The notes under the pieces were generated by a model, which worked only from the letters and a program-made list of their open reading frames with translations, searched no databases and had not been told where the DNA came from. Source: Candidatus Kapaibacterium sp. (GTDB lineage: Bacteria > Bacteroidota > Ignavibacteria > Palsa-1295). From it: a stretch of DNA of 64,000 bases. The stretch lies in assembly GCA_038210275.1 (NCBI GenBank), contig JBBQWV010000014.1:5930-69929 (forward strand), in the 5' to 3' direction. This document shows, piece after piece, positions 9,081-16,910 of this stretch (the stretch's first letter is position 1; each line of letters begins with the position of its first letter). A program made the position numbers and the translations under genes.

Positions 9081-11339
9081 ATGAAAAAGATTATTTTGAT
9101 CGCCTTGTTTTCTCTCCTCGTATTCAGTGCAAATAGTCGGGCACAGATTCCGTTTTGGCATCAGACGAATGGACCTAAAGGTGGCACTGTCCGAAACATG
9201 GCGATCGACTCCATGGGGAGAATCATTATCTTCACATCGGGCAGCGGCGTATATCGCAGTATAGATAACGGGATGTCGTGGGAATTACTTAATCGCGGTC
9301 TGCCGACTCTGAATATGTATAATGGCGCAGCTGGTCCCACAGGCTACGTCTATGCTTATGACCAACCGGGGGCATCAGCTGCAGCAGGTCACCTGTTCCG
9401 TTTAGATGAGAATGCAGCGAACCCGGCATGGGAGGATATTACTCCGAACCTTGCACCGGTGCTCAATTACAACGATATTGTAGCGGATGCAGATGGAACG
9501 GTGTATCTCGGAACGGCTGAGAGAGGTGTTTTGCGTTCGGATGATAATGGGATGACCTGGAACAGAAAAAATTTAGGATTATCTGATACCAATAAATTAG
9601 GAAAGGTTGATTCCAATGTCGTGATCTTTTTGCTTGCTGTTGATGGAAGAGGTGGGTTATATACTGCCACTGATTTTGGGTCAATTGCAAAGTCCACAGA
9701 TAAAGGAAATACATGGGTTAAATATCCTACAAAGCATCCCAAAGGACATAATCTTTCCACACTCGGTATTGCAGCAAACGGAAATATCGTTACCGGAAAT
9801 TTTGGGACATATGACGTTGGCGGTAATATTTATGTATCACAAGATGCCGGAGTAACCTGGAATTCCGTCTATACACGTCCGGGTGTTGATCTAAGAAATA
9901 ATGTCGAGAAGATTATTCTTATTCCCGGATCTACAGATATTTATGCCAATGCTCACGGACCGACTCTTCGCTCACAAGATTTTGGAGTAACGTGGCAAGT
10001 AATGAACGACGAAAAACGCGGAGATGAGACATTTACCATGGCTGTAAGACGCGGTAATCTTTACCAAATGTGCGAACCCGATGGAATATTCCTTTCCACG
10101 GATAATGGAGTTAATTGGACGCCGAAGAATGATGGCTTGTTGGCGACATTCATGCGGGGAATGGCAATCAATTCTAAACAAAAACTTTTTGGAATAACCG
10201 AATACGGTTTATGGCGTTCAAGCGATGATGGCGCTAATTGGGATCAAGCTCCAGAATATGGAGAAGATTATTTTCCAAGTATTTTTATCAATAAAAAAGA
10301 TTATATCTATATCGGTACTTCAAGGGGTTTATTCCGTTCTAAAAACGATGGTGACATCGTAGAAAGGGTACTCATAAATCTTGCACCGAAGGATACGATC
10401 AATATTATTAATCAAGTGGGTGATAACGGTCAGGGCAAACTTTTCTGTGCTGCGAACGATTCGATAGGATTTATTTATTCGACTGATGATGGAGATCACT
10501 GGACGAGAATTCATAATCTTCAGGATTCAAATATAAAATCATTTGCCTTCGGTATAAAAGATACGATCCTTGCCGTCGGTTTCAGAACAAATCTTCTCTA
10601 TCGCTCTCTTGATCAAGGTAACTCGTGGCAAACCCTTCCGGATAATCAAAATGTGCATGGAACCGGACAAGTCCTTATTCATCCTGATGGTTCATTCCTT
10701 GCTTTAGTGATCGGCAGGGAAGGCGGGATATTTCGCTCAGTAGATGCCGGGCAAAGTTGGTCAAAAATATTTCCACCCGAGGAAATAAAAAACAATTTTA
10801 AAGGCTTTTTTTCGATGATGATCGATCTTGTAGGATCTATTATTGTCTGTGCTGATAGCGGCGGCATCTATCGTTCGGTGCCCGGCAGCTCTCAATTCAG
10901 CCAATGGATTTCAGTGAGCAGCGGATTGACGGCAAACGATTTTCCAAATCATTTTATTAATTGTTCGGCAGTAGTAGAGAATCCTGTCAGTCACATCTAT
11001 TTTGCGGCATCGCGTGGACTTGGAGTTTTCAAGAGTATTCCGAATCTCGGAGTCTCCTCAGGTCATCCTTCACCAGCTTCTGCGATCAGTATGACGACGA
11101 ATCCAAACCCATTCACTACTGCGACGAATATCTCCTTCAAATTAAAAACCGGTGGCGATGTGAGTATTGATGTATTCGATCTGCTCGAAAGAAAAGTCGC
11201 GACAATCTTTAGTGGAAGAATGGAGCAAGGCGAACAAAGTCTGGTCTTTGACGCTTCCACTCTTCCAAGTGGAAGTTATGCGATCATCCTTCACGAAGGA
11301 GGAGCAACATATTCAACGTGGGTTTCACTTACGAAATAA
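9081..11339 (+). CDS. BNR/Asp-box repeat (sortilin/Ycf48-like beta-propeller) protein with T9SS C-terminal sorting domain
   Basis: It has a signal peptide and at least 10 S-x-D-x-G-x-T/S-W motifs (SIDNGMSWELL, SDDNGMTWNRK, STDKGNTWVKY, SQDAGVTWNSV, STDNGVNWTPK, SSDDGANWDQA and others). The C-terminus has the T9SS CTD pattern (VSIDVFDLLERKVATIF...LPSGSYAIIL). Confidence 0.85.
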   Translation: MKKIILIALFSLLVFSANSRAQIPFWHQTNGPKGGTVRNMAIDSMGRIIIFTSGSGVYRSIDNGMSWELLNRGLPTLNMYNGAAGPTGYVYAYDQPGASAAAGHLFRLDENAANPAWEDITPNLAPVLNYNDIVADADGTVYLGTAERGVLRSDDNGMTWNRKNLGLSDTNKLGKVDSNVVIFLLAVDGRGGLYTATDFGSIAKSTDKGNTWVKYPTKHPKGHNLSTLGIAANGNIVTGNFGTYDVGGNIYVSQDAGVTWNSVYTRPGVDLRNNVEKIILIPGSTDIYANAHGPTLRSQDFGVTWQVMNDEKRGDETFTMAVRRGNLYQMCEPDGIFLSTDNGVNWTPKNDGLLATFMRGMAINSKQKLFGITEYGLWRSSDDGANWDQAPEYGEDYFPSIFINKKDYIYIGTSRGLFRSKNDGDIVERVLINLAPKDTINIINQVGDNGQGKLFCAANDSIGFIYSTDDGDHWTRIHNLQDSNIKSFAFGIKDTILAVGFRTNLLYRSLDQGNSWQTLPDNQNVHGTGQVLIHPDGSFLALVIGREGGIFRSVDAGQSWSKIFPPEEIKNNFKGFFSMMIDLVGSIIVCADSGGIYRSVPGSSQFSQWISVSSGLTANDFPNHFINCSAVVENPVSHIYFAASRGLGVFKSIPNLGVSSGHPSPASAISMTTNPNPFTTATNISFKLKTGGDVSIDVFDLLERKVATIFSGRMEQGEQSLVFDASTLPSGSYAIILHEGGATYSTWVSLTK

Positions 11340-11364
11340 ATTTAAAAATGCTTATTTGGAATAT

Positions 11365-11478
11365 GTCATTCTGAGTGAAGCGTAGCGTAACGAAGAATCC
11401 CGTAATCGTTGGCAGACACATGGTGTTGCAAACTATTACGAGATTCTTCGCTTCACTCAGAATGACAGTATTTTTTTT
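11365..11478. repeat. Long inverted repeat (GTCATTCTGAGTGAAGCG...CGCTTCACTCAGAATGAC) followed by T8; a palindromic element that probably acts as a bidirectional terminator between convergent genes
   Basis: Arms of about 25 bp are separated by a 42-nt loop and followed by a T-run at 11471-11478. A half-copy CGCTCAGAATGAC lies at 12489-12501. Translating the repeat gives the peptide VILSEAKNL seen in shadow ORFs. Confidence 0.6.
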
Positions 11479-12421
11479 ATAATCCATTAATTCTGTTCTT
11501 TGCCGTTTCGTACTCAGCAATTAATCGTTTAACCACTTCTTCTGCAGAAATAATATCTTTAATGAGTCCCGAGGATTGCCCCATTTCCAACTCACCCTCA
11601 TCTATATCTCCTTCAAAAATACCTCGCATCTCGCGTTTTTTCCCGAGCAATTCAATTTCCTCTTCTTTTGTCGCGCCTCGAGTTTGAGCGTTCAACGCTT
11701 CAAATGCAAAAGCATTCTTTTTCAATCGTACAGGTGCGACTTTTTTTAGCGTTATGATAGTAGAATCGTCCTCAGCTTCGACAACTGCTTGTTTATAATT
11801 CGGATCTGAACTTGATTCTATCGTTGCGGCAAATCGTGTTCCGATCTGCACTGCCTGCGCTCCGAGAGATAGGGCAGCAAGCATCTGTCTTCCGTCAGCA
11901 ATTCCCCCTGCAGCAATGACAGGAATCTTCACTGCATCGACAACTTGCGGCACAAGGCAAAGCGTAGTGATCTCATCTATTCCGTTATGTCCGCCTGCTT
12001 CGAAACCTTCAGCAACAACAGCATCACATCCTCCATCCTCTGCTTTTTGTGCGTGTTTAACGCTTGCAACCACATGGACAAGAAAGCATCCTGCATCTTT
12101 GAACTTCTGCGCATGAATTTTTGGATTCCCTGCACTGGTAAAAATAATTTTTATTCCTTCTTCGAGCGTGACTTTAATAAGTTGATCAATATCTCCGCGA
12201 ATAAGCGGAATATTTACGCCGATCGTACCAGCTACTTCAGTTGCCTTTGCTTTGCGAATATGTTCGCGGAGCAGATCAGGCTTCATCGAGCCTGCGCCAA
12301 TAAGCCCCAAAGCACCCGCGCGGGCTGATGCAACGGCAAGTTTCCAGCCGCTTGTCCAGACCATTCCTGCCTGAATAATAGGGTAGCGGATACCAAGACG
12401 CTCGGAGAGTGGTGTTTTCAT
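11477..12421 (-). CDS. Nitronate monooxygenase / 2-nitropropane dioxygenase family (FMN-dependent, FabK-like) oxidoreductase
   Basis: MKTPLSERLGIRYPIIQAGMVWTSG...ASARAGALGLIGAGS is the NMO/NPD family N-terminus. I trimmed the start to the internal ATG at 12421, because the upstream 22 codons have no support. Confidence 0.85.
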   Translation of the reverse strand: MKTPLSERLGIRYPIIQAGMVWTSGWKLAVASARAGALGLIGAGSMKPDLLREHIRKAKATEVAGTIGVNIPLIRGDIDQLIKVTLEEGIKIIFTSAGNPKIHAQKFKDAGCFLVHVVASVKHAQKAEDGGCDAVVAEGFEAGGHNGIDEITTLCLVPQVVDAVKIPVIAAGGIADGRQMLAALSLGAQAVQIGTRFAATIESSSDPNYKQAVVEAEDDSTIITLKKVAPVRLKKNAFAFEALNAQTRGATKEEEIELLGKKREMRGIFEGDIDEGELEMGQSSGLIKDIISAEEVVKRLIAEYETAKNRINGL

Positions 12422-12522
12422 ATCGTCAAAAATACGGGGAAATGGGAATTGAAAATTGAAAATTAAGAATTGAGAATAATTTACCATTACGCTCAGAATG
12501 ACTTGGACAGACTCTTTTTAGC

Positions 12523-13464
12523 ATGAACAAATGTTACCTAATCGTGAAATATTTATTCATACTTCTTTTCCTTTTTTCATTTCAAAGAATCTCAATTGCG
12601 CAGGGCAAGTGGGTGACGCAATTACCGCCAACCTTGCGGCATCTTTATTCAGTTCACTTTGCCAACGCTAATACCGGAACGGCTTGCGGGCTTGCAGGCG
12701 CAATTTTTCATACCACCGATGGCGGCGCGAATTGGAGCGAGCAATCAAGTGGAGTAAATAACCAGCTTAAAGGAGTATTTTTTACTTCCACTTTAAATGG
12801 TACGATCGTCGGGCGTGATGGGCTAATACTCCATACGACTAATGGAGGAAATTCATGGGAAACGCAAACAAGTCCCGGAAATATCATGCCACTGCTCTCA
12901 ACGTTCTTTCTCGATTCGCTCGATGGCTACATCGTTGGATGGTATGGAAAGATCATCCATACAACAGATGCGGGAAAGCATTGGGTGTCTCAGAAATCCG
13001 AAGTCACTACTTTCTTGCGAAGCATCGTCTTTTCAAAAAAAGACGTTGGGATAATTGTCGGTGAAAATGGCAGTCTCTTACGAACGCAGAACGATGGAAA
13101 AGACTGGGAGTTGATCCCAAGTGAGACGACTGAAAATCTTACCGGAGTTACTTTTATTAATCCCACGACGATTATCGCTGTTGGCGATAAAGGTACTATT
13201 ATCAGATCCGTAAATGGCGGAAATCGCTGGCAATGTATTGAGAGCGGAGTAAAATATAATTTGCGAGGAGTTTCTTTTTCAGGAAAGATCGGGGATGCAG
13301 TCGGAGAGAATGGTGTGATTCTTAGTTCTATTGACGGCGGTTTGACTTGGCAGGATGAATCGTTGAAAAGCGGCACACATCTGCTTGCCGTTCACAGATT
13401 CGACGCAAAACACGTAACAGCAGTTGGTGTAGATGGAATGATATTGCGGAAAGTAGACAAATAG
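12523..13464 (+). CDS. Ycf48-like / BNR-repeat beta-propeller protein, secreted
   Basis: It has a signal peptide and repeated HTTDGGANW, HTTNGGNSWE, HTTDAGKHW, TQNDGKDWE, SVNGGNRWQ and SIDGGLTWQ motifs. Confidence 0.75.
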   Translation: MNKCYLIVKYLFILLFLFSFQRISIAQGKWVTQLPPTLRHLYSVHFANANTGTACGLAGAIFHTTDGGANWSEQSSGVNNQLKGVFFTSTLNGTIVGRDGLILHTTNGGNSWETQTSPGNIMPLLSTFFLDSLDGYIVGWYGKIIHTTDAGKHWVSQKSEVTTFLRSIVFSKKDVGIIVGENGSLLRTQNDGKDWELIPSETTENLTGVTFINPTTIIAVGDKGTIIRSVNGGNRWQCIESGVKYNLRGVSFSGKIGDAVGENGVILSSIDGGLTWQDESLKSGTHLLAVHRFDAKHVTAVGVDGMILRKVDK

Positions 13465-13534
13465 AAAAATTGCGGACGTTTTTAGTCCTTTTGATGTTTA
13501 ACCAAACTGTATCCCAAATGTTATATAGTACTTA

Positions 13535-15199
13535 ATGATTGACGAAACAAACACATCGCCTGAACAGGCAGAGGCTGAGCCAAATATCAATGCTTCTGAT
13601 GCTGCGACGGCTCCTCCCCCTCGGGACATTATCGCAGAGCGATTAGCTCAGCGCATGAAGGAGCGCGGAGAGCAGAAAGCAGCCGAACCCGCAACTGCGG
13701 ATGAGCCTGTTTCCGAGGCGCCTAAATTAGAGCGTAAAATTCTGAGTTTTGATCCGCCTGCTGCCGAAATAATTGTTGAAAAAGAGAGTCCGGAGCCAAC
13801 GCCAATTTCTGAATCCATTGCAGAGGTTACAGAATCTATTGAATCTTCAACGCCGATAGCATCTACAGATGCTCCACTGGTACTTAGTCCTCGCGAAGAT
13901 CGTCCAAAACCTGAGAGAGATCGCGGCAGAAATCGCGACCGCAATGATCGCCGTCCGCCTCGTGAACCACGAGCTGAGAGAACAGGCGATTCTGCTAATG
14001 CTGAAGTAGTGCGACAGCAAGCACCTCGCCAACCTCGTCCCGAACGCCCTGAAAGAGTTGAACGACCTGCAAGAACTGAAAGACCTGATCGGACTCCGAG
14101 AGAGGCAAAATCTACAGTTCCAAAAACATCTGATAATGCATTCGTCCGCGCAAGATCTCTTGCATCGAAGCTCGGAGTATCCGTTGTTATCCCGCTTTAT
14201 AATGAGCAGGATTCATTGCGCGAATTGACGGCTGCGCTCCGCGAAGAATTATTTAATCTTTGTGAAAAAAATTACGAGATCATCTATATCAATGATGGCT
14301 CAACTGATCGCTCACCGGAGATACTAAAAGATATTGTTGCAGGAACATCGAAAGTCGTTTCTCTGAGTTTCAGAAGTAACCAAGGAAAATCCGCAGGACT
14401 ATCTGTCGGATTTAAAGAAGCGAAATACGGAATCGTCATTACGATGGATGCGGACTTGCAGGATGATCCGAAAGAGCTTGTGAATCTTATTGCAAAGCTC
14501 GATGAAGGTTACGATCTAGTTTCAGGTTGGAAGAAAAAGCGTCATGACCCGATCTCAAAAACGCTTCCGTCAAAGTTTTTTAATAATGTAACGAGTTTCT
14601 TTAGCGGAATCAAGCTCCATGATTTTAATTGCGGCTTAAAGGCTTACCGCAAGCAAGTCATTGATCAGCTTGATGTCTATGGCGAAATGCATCGCTATCT
14701 GCCTGCGCTTGCGCATTGGCAGGGCTTTCGTGTTACGGAGATTCCTGTTACCCACCATCCACGCCGATTTGGAAAATCCAAATTCGGATCAAGCCGTTTT
14801 TTCAAAGGATTCTTAGACTTAATATCAATCGTGTTTACAAATCGCTTCGGCAAACGCCCACTTCATCTCTTTGGCTCGATCGGCACAGTTTTTTCGCTCA
14901 TCGGCTTAGGCATAAATATATATGTTACCATCGAATGGACGCATGGAATTGCGCTTTCCAATCGTCCGATCTTGCTTCTTGGCATCTTGCTCATGATGCT
15001 CGGAGTCCAGCTTATCTCCATTGGATTACTTGGCGAGATGATCGTCAAGAATACTGCAAGGGGACATGACTTGGCAGTGATCAAAGATAAACGCCCGCCG
15101 CGTCAAGGACCAAGACCGGGTGAAGCAGCTCGTCCGCCAAGACCACAAGGTGGAAGGCCTGATGATCGTCGCAGAGGACCTGCTCCGAACCGTCCGTAA
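13535..15199 (+). CDS. Family-2 glycosyltransferase (polyprenyl-phosphate sugar transferase, DPM1/ArnC-like) with ~200-aa disordered N-terminal extension and Arg/Pro-rich C-terminal tail
   Basis: The GT2 core runs VSVVIPLYNEQDSL...YEIIYINDGSTDRS...ITMDADLQDDP and is followed by two C-terminal TM helices. The N-terminal 200 aa are low-complexity P/E/R/A with RPERPERVERPARTERPDRTPRE-type repeats. Confidence 0.85.
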   Translation: MIDETNTSPEQAEAEPNINASDAATAPPPRDIIAERLAQRMKERGEQKAAEPATADEPVSEAPKLERKILSFDPPAAEIIVEKESPEPTPISESIAEVTESIESSTPIASTDAPLVLSPREDRPKPERDRGRNRDRNDRRPPREPRAERTGDSANAEVVRQQAPRQPRPERPERVERPARTERPDRTPREAKSTVPKTSDNAFVRARSLASKLGVSVVIPLYNEQDSLRELTAALREELFNLCEKNYEIIYINDGSTDRSPEILKDIVAGTSKVVSLSFRSNQGKSAGLSVGFKEAKYGIVITMDADLQDDPKELVNLIAKLDEGYDLVSGWKKKRHDPISKTLPSKFFNNVTSFFSGIKLHDFNCGLKAYRKQVIDQLDVYGEMHRYLPALAHWQGFRVTEIPVTHHPRRFGKSKFGSSRFFKGFLDLISIVFTNRFGKRPLHLFGSIGTVFSLIGLGINIYVTIEWTHGIALSNRPILLLGILLMMLGVQLISIGLLGEMIVKNTARGHDLAVIKDKRPPRQGPRPGEAARPPRPQGGRPDDRRRGPAPNRP

Positions 15200-15202
15200 T
15201 TC

Positions 15203-16285
15203 ATGCCGGCAACTGATCTGGTTATCCATGCCGATTGCCGCCACTTTCGCGGCGATATTCCGTGCAAGCCGCATAAAGATTTCGGTGTGCATTGTGATGG
15301 CTGCGAGTATTACGATCAGATCACGGAGAATATTCTCATTATCAAACTCGGCGCTGCTGGTGATGTTCTGCGCACGACTCCGATCCTTCATAAATTAAAA
15401 GCCGATCATCCGCATGCTCGCATTTGGTGGCTTACACTTTCTCCTGAATTAGTCCCAACTACTCACGTTGATAAAATCCTGAAATGGAGTACGGAAAGCC
15501 TCGAAATTATTTCTGCATTGGAATTTTCCATTCTCATCAATCTCGATAAAGATCACCATGCCTGTGCATTAGCCAATCGCATGATGGCAAAAAAGAAGAT
15601 CGGATTCTTGCTTAGTCCACTGGGCGTTTCCATTCCGGCTGATGCGAATGCGCAGGAGAAATATGAGACTGGTATCTTCGATGATATAAGCCTTGCAAAT
15701 AGGAAATCATATCCCGAAGAATTATTCGAAGTTTGCGGCTATAAATTTTCAGGTGAGAAATATATTATTGATAAACCTGAGGAAATAGATTTTCCAGGTT
15801 TAGATACTTCACGTCCGCTTGTTGGTATGAATACCGGCGCCGGAATCCGCTGGACATCACGCCTCTGGGCAACGGAGCATTGGGCTGATCTTGCAAAAAA
15901 ACTTCACGCAAGCGGATATAACGTCGTTCTCCTCGGCGGTCATGATGAAGATGGACGGAATAAAGAAATTCAGAATCTTTCAGGAGGCGCGGCGCAATAT
16001 CTTGGATATTTTCCTCTGAAAACTTTTGTCTCGCTTGTCAATAAATGCGAGACAATTATTTCCGGAGTTACAATGGCATTTCATATTGCCGTCGCTCTAG
16101 AAAAGAAGATCGTGCTCATCAATAACATCTTCAATAAATATGAATTCGGCGATCTTTACGATCTTGGCGAGATCATCGAACCCAATAAACCCTGCATCTG
16201 CTACTTCCGCGGAACCTGCATAAACCCTGATTATTTCTGTTTAGATCATCTGCCAGTGGAGAAAGTACTAGCGGCGGTGAAGTAG
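15203..16285 (+). CDS. Family-9 glycosyltransferase (ADP-heptose:LPS heptosyltransferase-like) with N-terminal Cys4 motif
   Basis: ILIIKLGAAGDVLRTTPILHKLK is a typical GT9 N-terminus. The gene starts 4 nt after the GT2 stop. The N-terminus reads HADCRHFRGDIPCKPHKDFGVHCDGCEYYD, which is a C-x10-C-x9-C-x2-C pattern. Confidence 0.75.
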   Translation: MPATDLVIHADCRHFRGDIPCKPHKDFGVHCDGCEYYDQITENILIIKLGAAGDVLRTTPILHKLKADHPHARIWWLTLSPELVPTTHVDKILKWSTESLEIISALEFSILINLDKDHHACALANRMMAKKKIGFLLSPLGVSIPADANAQEKYETGIFDDISLANRKSYPEELFEVCGYKFSGEKYIIDKPEEIDFPGLDTSRPLVGMNTGAGIRWTSRLWATEHWADLAKKLHASGYNVVLLGGHDEDGRNKEIQNLSGGAAQYLGYFPLKTFVSLVNKCETIISGVTMAFHIAVALEKKIVLINNIFNKYEFGDLYDLGEIIEPNKPCICYFRGTCINPDYFCLDHLPVEKVLAAVK

Positions 16286-16287
16286 AA

Positions 16288-16328
16288 TAAAAAAAAGACA
16301 TCAACCTCATGGTTGATGTCTTAATCTT
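16288..16328. terminator. Bidirectional rho-independent terminator (perfect 12-bp stem AAGACATCAACC/GGTTGATGTCTT) between convergent genes
   Basis: The hairpin is preceded by an A-run and followed by a T-containing tract. It lies between the GT9 stop (16285) and the lipoprotein stop (16344). Confidence 0.65.
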
Positions 16329-16343
16329 GATAACCTTTCGTTT

Positions 16344-16778
16344 TTATTTCTTTTTGCTCGGCGAAACAATATTTGCAACACCTGTTGCAAGTGTATCGAG
16401 TCCACCGACGATAGCATCTCTCATTCTGCCAAAACTTCCGACTGCTTCATCTTTTTCTTCGCTCATTTGAGTTTTAAGCGCCGTCGCACGTGCTTTGATA
16501 GCTTGGCGTAGTTTCATATCAGCTTTATAATGCGGGTTCGCTTTCATCATCCTAGCATCATACGCATCAACAGAATCCTGAAGCGCCTGGATCTTCATAT
16601 TTGCATCAGCCTTAAAAGCCTTCCATTGCTCGATCTGAGCTTTGAGAGAATCTTTTGGTGAAGGAGTTGACATGGCAACAGTATCCTTCATTTCACCGGA
16701 TTGATCAGTTTTTTTCGCACATCCAGCGACAAACACAGATGCGGTAAATAGAACGAGAAACAAATGAGTGAATTTCAT
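16344..16778 (-). CDS. Small helical lipoprotein, function unknown
   Basis: It has a signal peptide with lipobox (VFVAGC), and the body is rich in charged and Ala residues. Confidence 0.6.
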   Translation of the reverse strand: MKFTHLFLVLFTASVFVAGCAKKTDQSGEMKDTVAMSTPSPKDSLKAQIEQWKAFKADANMKIQALQDSVDAYDARMMKANPHYKADMKLRQAIKARATALKTQMSEEKDEAVGSFGRMRDAIVGGLDTLATGVANIVSPSKKK

Positions 16779-16910
16779 AATTGTGAGTTAAATGGTTTTA
16801 AGATATACAAAACAACTCCGAGATACGTAAATATAAAGAATATCGGAGTTGGGGAGATATTCGAAATATTACAAAGGAAAAAACTCGTAATTTGATTCCG
16901 GAAAAGTAAT

